DNA from: Auanema rhodensis
Taxonomy: Eukaryota > Animalia > Nematoda
Direction of reading: 5' to 3'
Assembly (NCBI GenBank): GCA_964057225.1
Contig: OZ059899.1
Coordinates: forward strand, 12,958,001 to 13,022,000
Length of the DNA: 64,000 nucleotides
A program made the position numbers and the translations under genes. Below, in pieces: positions 53,512 to 64,000 of this stretch (its first letter is position 1; each line of letters opens with the position of its first letter). The notes under the pieces were generated by a model that was given only the letters and a program-made list of their open reading frames with translations, had not been told where the DNA came from and ran no database searches.

Positions 53512-54592
53512 TTATGTATCTTTCTCCAGATGCATTGGTAAAGGCTGATAACCATATCCTCCACCTAGCGAACATAATGCGACACGTTTCCCATAAAAGT
53601 CATAGTAAGCTGTTGAATGGAAAAAGATATTGGAAAGAACTATAGAATATTCTGCTAAAGCAAAAAGAGTATAAACACCTGTCTCGCAGTATCTGAACAC
53701 GAATTGGTCAAGTTGATAACACAAATCAAGCACTTACGCATTATGTCTCCAATAGAAATACATTGCAACAACAATTGAGGTGACTGAGCATGCAGCAGCT
53801 AACACTTTGTACTCATAAGATCTTTCTCCCTACAATATAAAACGCTTATATTTTAAATTTTTATTAATTTACCTGTTCCGTTGCTCTTCGTCTTCCAGAC
53901 TTATGGAAAAGGTAAGTGCTCAAAAACATATACAGAGTAGCCGAAATGGCAAAGCCAATAAAGCAAGTTTTATGCAATGCTATAGAAAAAAAGTGAAATA
54001 CCAAACAGGGTAAAAAAGGTTCTTACCATGATTCTCAGTAGAAGAAATTGAAGTTAATCCAAGGAGAAACAAATTTTCAATGACATTTAACCAACAATTT
54101 ACTCTGCATGCCAAGTAAAAAAGCCTTGCTTTGCCATGAGGTCTTAAGGGCGAAAATTGAAGGTAATTTCTGTAAAATAAATCAGTGAAAATAAATAATA
54201 AAGAATTAAAACAAAATAATTTGATAAATATGAGAGGCTTTAGTGAGGAAGTTGAAGTTACGTGTAATCAACTAACCTATACGCGAATGCAAGAACTAAA
54301 CGAGGTCCACCATGAATAGCAATAAGAACTCTCCAAATATACATTTCAGGAGCATATGAAGATACTGCAGCTGATATGGAAGGTAACCTAAAGAATAATA
54401 TTTCTTAAAAGGTAAAAAATCATTTGAAACTTACCAGTTTTGTACCCCACAATGTGTACTTGTTGCATTCTCAAAATGTAAAATAATTGATAGAAATACA
54501 CATATGATTAATGCTGTAAAAGGCAAGCCTGCTACTAGATAAACGAATTTGCTAAAAGGTAAAGACAGAACATCATCCTCGCCTAGTGCCAT
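53512..54592 (-). CDS. pgap-2: Post-GPI attachment to proteins factor 2 (Frag1/DRAM/Sfk1 family)
   Basis: HFENATSTHCGVQNW|LPSISAAVSSYAPEMYIWRVLIAIHGGPRL...ENLFLLGLTSISSTENH...YFYWRHNA|YCETGVYTLFALAEYSIVLSNIFFHSTAYYDF. Confidence 0.93.
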
Positions 54593-54785
54593 CTAGGCTG
54601 AACTATATCATACAGAATCTGAATCAAACACAAGTTAAATAGAATATGCTTTAAGTCAATAGATAGTCATAGGAAATCCTTAAATTTGTGCAAAAAATCA
54701 AGAAGTAAATAAACAAATTGCTTATTATCAATCTAACAACAATATTTAAATACAATTCTAACAACAAAAGCCTAAAATTAAAAAT

Positions 54786-55805
54786 TTATCGGTATCTACC
54801 TTTCCATTGAATGTCATAATCTGATAGCCAACTTCTACTGTTCTGCATATTGTACTTAATGACCTGAAAATTTAGATTTATAAATAGAAAAAACATTAAA
54901 AAATTACCTTATCCCAATTAAATGGATTAAGATTGTGCTTTTCTATCTCCTTCTCTTTTTCTCTTCGCTCTGTGAGGATACGATGAGAAACGAACTCTAC
55001 TGGAAATTGGAATCGATCGCATAGATAAGTTAGATAAGCCTTCGCCTGGAAATCGAAATCGAGGTCAGAATCTGATGAGAGATCAATTAATTTCACCTCT
55101 ATTTCGGTTATGTATCCTCCAACTTCCAAAATAATTCGATTAGCACGTACAGGAGTCACGTATTTTTGAATAGAACCTTTACCACCTCCAAGTCGGGAAC
55201 CTGAAAATGATTATAAAAAAAAGATTAAATAAATATAATCCAACCTTGAGCTTTCTTTGTTCTAGGTAACCAAGGAGCATCAACTCTCCATATCGCAAAC
55301 TGATTATCCAATAAATTCTTATTTATTCTATCCTACAATTTTTATAAAATAGTTATAACTTCACAAATTTCCAATCCGTGGTAGAAAATCAAAAATAGTA
55401 CCAACCTGAACGAATTTGAAATCATCCGAAGAAATAAAACCTCCAGAAATAGCAGCTAATCCATATTGTTCATGAATCAAGTCACAGTGAATTTCTTCAA
55501 CTCCTCTAGCTTCAATCATTCTTTTTGTAGCTTTATATCTAAAAGTTGAACAATAACAGTGAAATACGGAAAAGACTCACTTTCTTTCTCCCTTTTCGGC
55601 ATCATAAAACGGCTCTGGTGGCATTACTGGTAACTTCATTTGACCATTTGGAGGAAAATTTACATCTGAAAATCAGTGGCTTTTAAAACAAAACAAAATA
55701 AACAAAATCACTTTCATATGTAACTGGGAAAGGATATTTCTTCATTCCTCGGGCGATTTGAATCACCTGTCCAAGACGTCTACATGATAATAATGTAGAA
55801 TTCAT
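54786..55805 (-). CDS. mrpl-16: Mitochondrial ribosomal protein L16 (uL16m), 7 exons
   Basis: RGVEEIHCDLIHEQYGLAAISGG...FAIWRVDAPWLPRTKKAQ|GSRLGGGKGSIQKYVTPVRANRIILEVGG...NLNPFNW...NMQN...WLSDYDIQWKGRYR*. Confidence 0.96.
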
Positions 55806-56178
55806 AATCTAAAAATTTTCATTTTAACCTTATAACAATTGACGAGAAAATATGACATGACTCATGAAATTCATTGAATGGACCGTAATACGATTGAAAT
55901 ATTCTCATTGAAAGTATACAACTAAATAGCAAAATAAAAAATAAATGTTTTACTCAAGCCTTTCTCTAGTTTTTTACAATTATATATATTGGCCAAAAAG
56001 ATAATTTGAAGCTAATATATACATATGCAAAAACAAAGGCAAAATTGAAGTTGTTTAATCAAATGTACGCAAAAAATATTGTATGTAATGGTGATTTTTA
56101 CAAAGCAATCAAGGAGGCTCCGGTTCGATAAACTCGAATTACCAACAATTTTCAAGTGTTTCATCTCCATCTTTAAAA
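55806..56178. promoter_or_regulatory. Short bidirectional promoter between mrpl-16 and blos-1
   Basis: Head-to-head start codons about 370 bp apart. Confidence 0.55.
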
Positions 56179-56858
56179 ATGTCGCTTTCTGATATGCTTA
56201 AGGATCATAACAAAAATAAAGTTCTTAGAAAAGAAATGCAAGGTATGTGTGCTTGAGCATAAATATTATAACACATTTGATCTTTGCAGAAAAATTAAAG
56301 AATGAAGCCATTGTTTCGGCACATAACCTATCATCAGCTGTGATTGATCACCTGAATTTAAAGTAATTCGAGAAATTATGGATGCTCTTGTAATTTTAAA
56401 ACTTTCTGCAGAGTCTCACAAGCATATGGAAACCAAAAGAGGTTGGATGTGGAAGCAAAAAGATTTGAAGGGAACGCTGCCAGTTTATGTCGTCAAACTG
56501 AGCAGTGGTTATCTATAACTGAAACTCTGAATCATGCTTTGAAAGTAAAACTTAATATTCTTCCTTGTACATGAGCAAGTTTTCAGGAGGTTGGTGATGT
56601 AGAGAATTGGTCCAAAGCCATTGAGAAGGATATGTCAATAATATCAGAATCGTTAAAAAGAATTTATGAAGGTATGTAATTTTAGTATGATCAAAATTAT
56701 GAATTCACTGGGTAAAATACAAGTACAAATCGCCGTTACACTTAGAATTATATGAATTCTCAAAATATAAAACATGAATCACAATGATTGCAGAAAGCAA
56801 CAAATCCATAGAAACTCCGAAGGACGTTACAGCTTCTCCATCTCAGCCGTCAACTTAG
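56179..56858 (+). CDS. blos-1: BLOC-1 subunit 1 (BLOS1/GCN5L1). Last exon 56794-56858 is inferred; without that splice the ORF ends at 56679
   Basis: [17 protein letters not shown]|[22 protein letters not shown]...[18 protein letters not shown]...QTEQWL...LNHALK|[16 protein letters not shown]. Confidence 0.93.
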
Positions 56859-57604
56859 CAATTTCGTCTTCATATTCTTGGGTTCTTCCCATTTTTGTAA
56901 TTTGATTAGGAATAGGTTTAATTTCACCAGATTCAACTCGTTTCTAAACACTCCTATGTAACATAAGTATTATACGTGTATTTTATACCTTTAATGTTTC
57001 TATTTCATCTAACTTACGCTGAAATATATCTATTTTCTTCTGAATATGATCTTTTGGAGTTATGGCAATTTTAGAACTTTCAACACCTGAAATGCATGCT
57101 ACTTACATATACACTTGCAATAAACTTACAAACAATAGGTTTTTTGGGTCGAGCTGCAGCAACCTGAGCCATCATATCTCGCGGTCTCATCCCTACGACT
57201 TGTCTACCTTGGGAAGTGGTAGCTGCTTGTTGCATCCTATTTTGATATTTTGGCTGTTCTTCTTGGGGTACATATCTGCCATTACAAAATAACGCTTGAT
57301 TTCTTCTATCTCTTACTTACCCGCTCTTCACTTTTCTAGGTTTACGCCATGATCCATCAGGTCTTTGAGTAGCCGGAATAAAAGTTTCACCTTCAACAAC
57401 ATAATAATAATTATATTATAACAATATGATACTAATTTTATGATAAATAAACAGTTAATATTTATATATGAAATGAAATAGAAATCTAGAGATACAGGGA
57501 AAAAGATCAAGACAAAAGAGGCTATAGAAAAATGCAACCAACATACCGGAGCTTGTTTTCACTCTGAGATCTCCAACAGCGTCGTTTTTTGCAATAGATG
57601 ACAT
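56827..57604 (-). CDS. PYM1: Partner of Y14 and Mago (PYM1/WIBG), 5 exons
   Basis: Mago-binding motif [24 protein letters not shown]|[10 protein letters not shown] and C-terminal coiled coil [18 protein letters not shown]|[20 protein letters not shown]...[12 protein letters not shown]. Confidence 0.92.
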
Positions 57605-57992
57605 GCTTAAAAACAATATGCGAATCAAGAAAAATTAAACAATAAGGGGAATCGATAAGCAGTGAAATCAACACTGAAAGGCGACAAAAAAGAAGATTAA
57701 CTAAGTTTTCCTGCACTTTGCAGACCCGAACTTTATGATAGACAGCTTGCTGATCATACGTCTAGCCGACACTATTTAGAAACATACAAATACCGGTTCA
57801 AACATGAAAAATTATATAAAATGAGACCGTAGTATGAGAAGACGCATATGAAAGATTAAACAGCATAATTGTCCTAACAAAACGTTAAGGACATATATGA
57901 ATCTAAAACATGGCAATGAGATGATAGGAGCAAAAACATCACAGATGTAAGTAGTTTTGATTAGTTTAAGTTATATATGTAAATGTTTAAAA

Positions 57993-59458
57993 TTATTCTT
58001 CTTCTCCCCGTTTCTCGTTTTTATTATCTTTTTTAGAAGGGCCTTTCTGCATTCGGGCACTTTCGGGATGTCGGCAATTGGGGCAATACCATTTTCCCTG
58101 AAACAAAACATATTTCTTGAAAAAAATTAAAGATATAATACTCACCTTTGGCTTACTATTTAGTCCTATACATTCAAAATGGAACCATTCAATTTCACAT
58201 TTATCATTATCACAACCTATCATCTCACCAAAAGAGACCTGAAAATGTTTTCGTAAAATAAAGAAATAACAGTGATATCTACATACCCTATTACAGAAAC
58301 AATACGTTGGTTCGTCTATTTCTTTAGTATTAACTCTTGGTGTTTTACTTAGCCTATTCGACGTCCGTTTCTTGGCAGCCGGCGTTGTTGATCCATTCTC
58401 CTAAAATTTACTTGCATACATATATGAAGCTGTATAGCTTACCTTTTTAGCCTTTTTCGTCTCAGGTTGTTTTTCTGAAGCGGGCACGGGAGTATTCGGA
58501 CTGGGGTTAACAACTGCTCGGCGTTTTCCCCGATTCACAGCTAAAGAAGTATCAGGAGTTTCCTCTACTTCGGAAACAACTGGTTCCGGTATAAGTTGAA
58601 GCGGTTGAGGTGGTGGAGGTGGAAGAGGAGGAGGGTTAGGCTATAAGATAAAAAAGTATGAATCATCTTCAAAATGTCATGACTTACTTTACTTAGACAA
58701 GGCTTTTCTTTGACAAGAGTAGCCCTTTCCGGTTTGTCTGTTCGGTTAAGTGTTTCTTTTTTCGGTATAGCCAGAAACCGTTCTATAAAAAAATTTTTTT
58801 TAAATAGAATTAATTCCGAAAGATAATACCTTCTTCGGGAGGTCTTTGCTTGCAAACCATGCTAAAGACTACTGATGCATCTTGAGCAGCAGCACATCGA
58901 TCGGAGAAAGCAGCACTTTGAACAGAACTCATAAAACGTTGAAGCTAAAACAACAGGTAATCGATAGCAATAATAATAATAATAAGATTACCGAATTTAA
59001 ACCACAAGCTAAGGAAGATGTTCCTCCATTACGTCTTTCATTACTCAACATAGCCCTAATATTATTAATAGTGTCAATTTTTTCTTCAGCCAATCGATTC
59101 CTATGGTTTATTCTTTGACTAAAATTAATAAAATTATAAAACAGCGAAAAGGAAAAAATAAATATACAGTGCATCAAATCGAGCCGTTAAATGTAAAACA
59201 TCCTTTGCATCAAATTGGACAGGCTCGGGCTTTACTTCCACAACTAGAGAAAACCAATAAACACAGGTTAAAAAAAGAAATTAATAATTTAAAAAATTAA
59301 GAGGACGAATAAATAATAAAAATGAAAAAAATCGAAAGATAAGCTATATAAAAAGAGTAATATTTAAATTTATATGTAGCGAAATTCAAATTTTAAAAAA
59401 AGGACGCACCTTCAGGAGTATCTGTAGCGCTGCTAGGATCTTCAGAAACAGGATCCAT
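57993..59458 (-). CDS. ING-family PHD finger protein (PHD most like ING1/2; divergent N-terminus, Pro/Lys-rich linker)
   Basis: [11 protein letters not shown]|[31 protein letters not shown]|GKWYCPNC. Upstream exons are in phase from MDPVSEDP at 59458. Confidence 0.9.
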
Positions 59459-59791
59459 CCATCCAATAGCTCTTAATATATCTTGAAGAAGGAAAAATGA
59501 AAAAAAAGTAAGAAACTTTAAAGAAGAAATTTCAAAAATAAGGAGATGTTTCAAAGTGTATATGCTATAGCAATATGACTAGGAAGTAATGGCGTTGTCT
59601 ACCAAACCTTCCCTACGTCCCTGACGCCCTGCTTGTCTGTGCCTAACCCTTCACTATGCATGCAGGATCCATACAATAAGTCTAGTAATTGTCTATACTA
59701 TTACAAATTTCAGTTGATTTATGCTTTAATTTTAATATCTTTTCAATAGAAAATTATATAACTAACTATTTTACATATTATCAGAGGGTTT
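59459..59791. promoter_or_regulatory. Short bidirectional promoter between the ING gene and sorf-2
   Basis: Head-to-head genes about 330 bp apart, with a GC-richer core at 59590-59670. Confidence 0.55.
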
Positions 59792-62700
59792 ATGAACGCA
59801 TGGGACTCACAACAACAAAAGTCTTTCGTAAAACAGTTGATTACTTGGACAAAAACTGCTGAACATGAAGAACGTTTAATTCGACATGTTAATGAATGTG
59901 AACTAACTATTAGTTTATATCGTAAACGTGAATGCAATTCTACTACTCTTGCTCGTTTCTTGAGAAATATTGAAGCTAAGAGGTAACTAAATGACCGCAG
60001 TTCACACCTGAGTTGACCTCACGCCATATAGGGAAGCACCTGATGAAGAAGAGAGCCTATTGCTTCTGCAAAGTGAGGAGGACAAGCAGTCCCAAGCAGC
60101 TTATGACTTAGACAACAGATGGCAAGCAGGCTGGGTTGCATTTGCGAATGTTTTTAAATGTTCATTCGTAACTTTACGGCAAGTGAGTTTCAACTTGTTC
60201 ACAAGCCTTCTTCAACGTTAGTACCTTTATAGGATTTAGTAGAAGATGAAGAAGTTTTCCGTCCTTTGTATCTTAGACCTCATTTTGTTCCTTATTTTAT
60301 AATTATAATTGGGATTGATTTTGTGGTAACAGTGACACAACTGCTCGAAAAGGATTGGATACCACTGAAAACATTTTTAAGATTTCATCGCAGTCACTTA
60401 AAATATGAATCACAGGTAAGAAAATAACAAAAGTTTCTGAAATACTCATCATTTGTCACAGGTTTTGCAATTTTTCACTGTGTCTATAAACGAAATATAC
60501 TCACAATTATTTAATTTATACTTCTATTCTCCACTTCATTTACATGGATTCTACATTGATAAAGCCTGTTGGCTATTATATGATCCTGTTTTAGCTGTTG
60601 TGTATAAAGAGAAGTTGATAATATTGGGGAAAGGAAAATAAGTTACATTGAAATTTCAGAAAATTTTGTCTGCAGGAGTTGACAGGTTCATGGGTGAACG
60701 GTAAAATTACAAACTTTGATTATTTATTGAAACTAAGTGAAATTTCTGGAAGGAAATTTGGAGATGGTACGTAAAAAACAGAATATATAGAATACTAAAT
60801 GATTCTTTCAAGTTCATAATCATCCAATTATGCCGTGGGTCTGTGATTTTTCAACTGAAAATAATGGATGGAGAGATTTATCAAAAACAAAGTATCGACT
60901 AAATAAAGGCGATGACCAATTAAAGTAACGACATTGAAACTTCTTCTTTCTTAAACTTCTTGTTTTTAAAGAGAAATGTACTCGAGATCTCCTCCACATC
61001 ATATACCCGAGTCATTGTCTGACATAGGCTATATGGTGTATCGTGCCAGAGTTGAAACGAAGGAAAAGCTTTGCAAGCATGTTCGAAGCAAGGTTTGGTT
61101 TTCTGAATTAAACATTTAATCATAACTAAATATTGCTAAACTGAAGTCAGAAAATTACAAATTTGTTTATATTTGAAGTGGGTTCCGTTGGAGTATCCTG
61201 TTAGTGTTAGAAGAATGTATGAATGGACTCCGGATGAATGCATTCCAGAATTTTATTCTGATGCCACTGTTTTTGGTAATATAGCTATCATTATTGTTTT
61301 AAGTATTTGAAGTTTTGAATTTGTAGAATCTCTTCATTCTGATATGCCTTCACTAGAACTACCAGCATTTGCTTCTACTCCATCTGAATTCATTAAGTGG
61401 CATCGTAAAATGCTCGAGAGCGATGAAGTTTCAGAAAAGCTTCATAACTGGATTGATTTAACCTTTGGCTATTTAGTAAATCTATTTTATAGTTAAAGCC
61501 TATTATTGTTTAATTTAGTTAAATGGGCAAGATGCTGTGAATGCACTGAATTGTCATTTATCACTAGGCGAATCATCAGGAATTCATCTTCGTCGAAATG
61601 GCGTAGTTCAATTATTTCGATACCCTCATCCCAAACGTTTCATTCGTAAGAAAGATAGAGAGATTGACTATATGTACACTGAGGAATTACAAGTAGCTCA
61701 AGCTTTGAGTGCATGTAAAAGTACTTTAATCTGCTAGAAAAGCATATAAATTACGTGAATTTCAGCTTTAAACCTTGAAAGCCCGCCTGAAACTGTGGGA
61801 GATTTAATGGCAAATTATCGCAAACTGCTAGCTGCCAAAGTAAAATTCGGTTATTGCTTCATTATAATATGAAAATCATTTTTAGGAAGATAGGCATGCA
61901 GATTATCATCAGCGAATGAAAGATGTTTATGAGTTGTTGGCTACTATTTGTATGGCTCCTCATGTTCTAGGTCAATTCTCTATTGAAATTATCAACCAAG
62001 CCCTGGATCAGTTTTCATATTGCTTACCAACGTATAATTTTGACTTACATCAAATCAAAGTATTATCTTGCTTTCCAGGGCTTATCGCACGCTTTTGCGA
62101 TCAGCATTAATTGATAATGTCAAGGTGTCCAAAATTACAACTTTTTCTTCTAATTTACTATGCTCGTTAAGAATTCCACCAACAGTAAGTTCTATTACTC
62201 ATTAGGGTATTCAGATAGATTTTCAGACAATTCAAGCTCATAAGAACTTAACTCGTTTCTACTCGTATCATTTACTTCGTAAATCTCCACATGTTCGTGG
62301 CTACGGTTTGTATTTATTCATTTCTCTTATAATCGTTCAGTGATTTCAGAAAAACGTGAACAAAGTATCTTAGTTAAGGAAGTTGATAACCTTCGACAGT
62401 TCATAGTAGAAACAGAGTTATTTGATTTCGTATCTGTCTCTCTTTTTGAACGATTGATACATGAACAGATTTCCTGTATAACTTCTGTAAGTATCTTTCA
62501 ATCTATTTATGGCAATCTAATTATGCTAATGCACATTCATTGTGAATATTATTTCACGTGTTTCACGTAAATTAATTTTCAATTCTAGCAAGCACTTTCA
62601 AATAACCGGTTGCTTCTAAACATTTTCATAATTTTATATTTATATTTATAAATGTTTATTGCAGGTTTATTGTCTGTTCAATATGATGTGCAAGAGAATG

Positions 62701-64000
62701 AGCAAAGATTCATTGAATCAACTCTTGCCTTCCCTGGCTTCTCTATTATCGCACGAATCTTCTATTAAGGCATTCAAGAGTTATAATATATACACGAATA
62801 ATTTAATTTTTCAGTTGATTGATCGCAGATTTCTATTATCGGTATCAGTTGCTTATGGAACTCCTGTATTCCTTGATCGATTTCTTCCTGCACTTGTTGA
62901 AGCTGCTGCTTCAAAGCATTTGAATCGCAGTATTGTCGCAAAGGATAGCTTGCTGTGGTATATACTTCTATGTATTAGAATACATACATATATATATGTA
63001 TTTTACAGGTTGGCTAAGCGTCTTGGCCCCGTTGTTACTGTTCGATTCATAACTTCAAATCTGCTACGGATATTACCATCATCCTTCGACGGACTACTGC
63101 TGGCTGGAGGCAATGATAGTTATAGCGAAATTGTAAATTATTTTTTTCTCTACTTATATATCATGAATCTTTATAGACTACTCTAGATTTTATTCTTGAT
63201 GGAGACGAATGGTGCCAACGAGTAGAATCAGCTCTAGCGGAAATAGCTCTATCATACAGCATAACATTTGTGACGGTATATTTATAGCTCTAACGTTCAT
63301 TAATTTGAGAATACATCATAGGTGCAATATCTTCCATTTTGTGTTGATTACGTTGATCAATGCTTTCGTAGAATTACGGCGAATTTGGAAGGAGGCTTAA
63401 TTGCAATTTATAAAATTTTATCTCTTTCAGTGAGAATCATGAACGATCAAGAACTTATGAACTACTTAGAGGTGAGTATATTACACCCATATCTATAATA
63501 CTGTTCAGTTTGATTTTTGAATTTTATCTTTTATTCTTTAGGATTTCATAATCGACAAAATTCTGCTGAAAATAATAAAGTTTTCTCTCTTATCTTCTAC
63601 TTCCTTTAGCACTGAGAGAAGTCGATTGATTGTTCTTAGCCGGGTAAATATCAACTTATGAAATTCTTCGAATTTTTGTTATTTACAGGCAATTTTAATT
63701 TTGCACACTATTGCTGTTCGAATTGGTGCTGAGAATACAAGAATGCATGCCAGAAAACCATTCGAAGTTTTGTTTAATGCTTTTTGTGAACAAGCTCAAA
63801 CTACAGAAAGTCTAACTGTAGCTAAAAAACCTGTTGGAACATCTGAGGTTTCTAATAGCTGAAATGTAATTTATATTCACTATAACATATATAGAATTTC
63901 AATATACCTCTCTGGATAATGTCAGAAATGATTGATAAGTTTGCTTGTTTGTGGGGCGTACCTCTTCTATCAGCACTTTGCCCAAATCCTCCATTTCTTG
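59792..64000 (+). CDS. sorf-2: BEACH/WD40 protein, WDR81 (sorf-2) orthologue, 3'-partial; start codon approximate
   Basis: BEACH domain [15 protein letters not shown]...[34 protein letters not shown]...[18 protein letters not shown]...WVPLEYP...[16 protein letters not shown]...[11 protein letters not shown], plus [21 protein letters not shown]. This is the WDR81 type. Confidence 0.92.

Larger units (their letters stand above)
51962..55805 (-). other. Probable trans-spliced operon mrpl-16 > pgap-2 > LYAR
   Basis: Same strand, with stop-to-start gaps of about 195 and 275 nt. Acceptor-like AGs lie immediately before each ATG (ttttag-att-ATG, ttcag-cctag-ATG, ctttag-ATG). A UACUUU (Ur-like) word lies about 45 nt upstream of the LYAR site. 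Confidence 0.6.

Noticed and set aside
56115-56140. GGTTCGA, possible tRNA T-loop
   Set aside because: No cloverleaf or A box. No tRNA, rRNA, snRNA or SL RNA gene was recognised in the window.

Overview
AT-rich eukaryotic DNA from an intron-dense nematode, probably rhabditid/clade V. This rests on TTTCAG-type acceptors, roughly 45-55 nt introns, acceptor-like sites just before ATGs and nematode-specific TTR genes; the species cannot be named. The ORF track is mostly uninformative because real genes are split into short exons, so gene models were spliced by hand. Left to right: the 3' part of DRG1 (+); a ~15 kb stretch with no recognisable conserved gene, holding a MITE-like palindrome and a decayed RTE-type endonuclease relic; a somatomedin-B/TSP1 (SBSPON-like) gene (+); five tandem transthyretin-like genes (+), two of them a divergent pair; unc-79 (-, 17.5 kb); a compact cluster of LYAR, pgap-2, mrpl-16, blos-1, PYM1 and an ING-family gene; and the 5' part of WDR81/sorf-2 (+). 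The most notable unexplained signal is a dispersed non-coding module: clustered ACGTGAA/TTCACGT words, then CGGTTG about 48-59 bp later, often with ATGCTAAT/ATTAGCAT. It recurs every few kb regardless of gene and sits in several enlarged introns. Other highlights are a candidate His-rich, calmodulin-motif cassette exon in unc-79, a convergent coding overlap between blos-1 and PYM1, and two atypical GC-AG introns. All homology calls come from recognising motifs; no database search was run.
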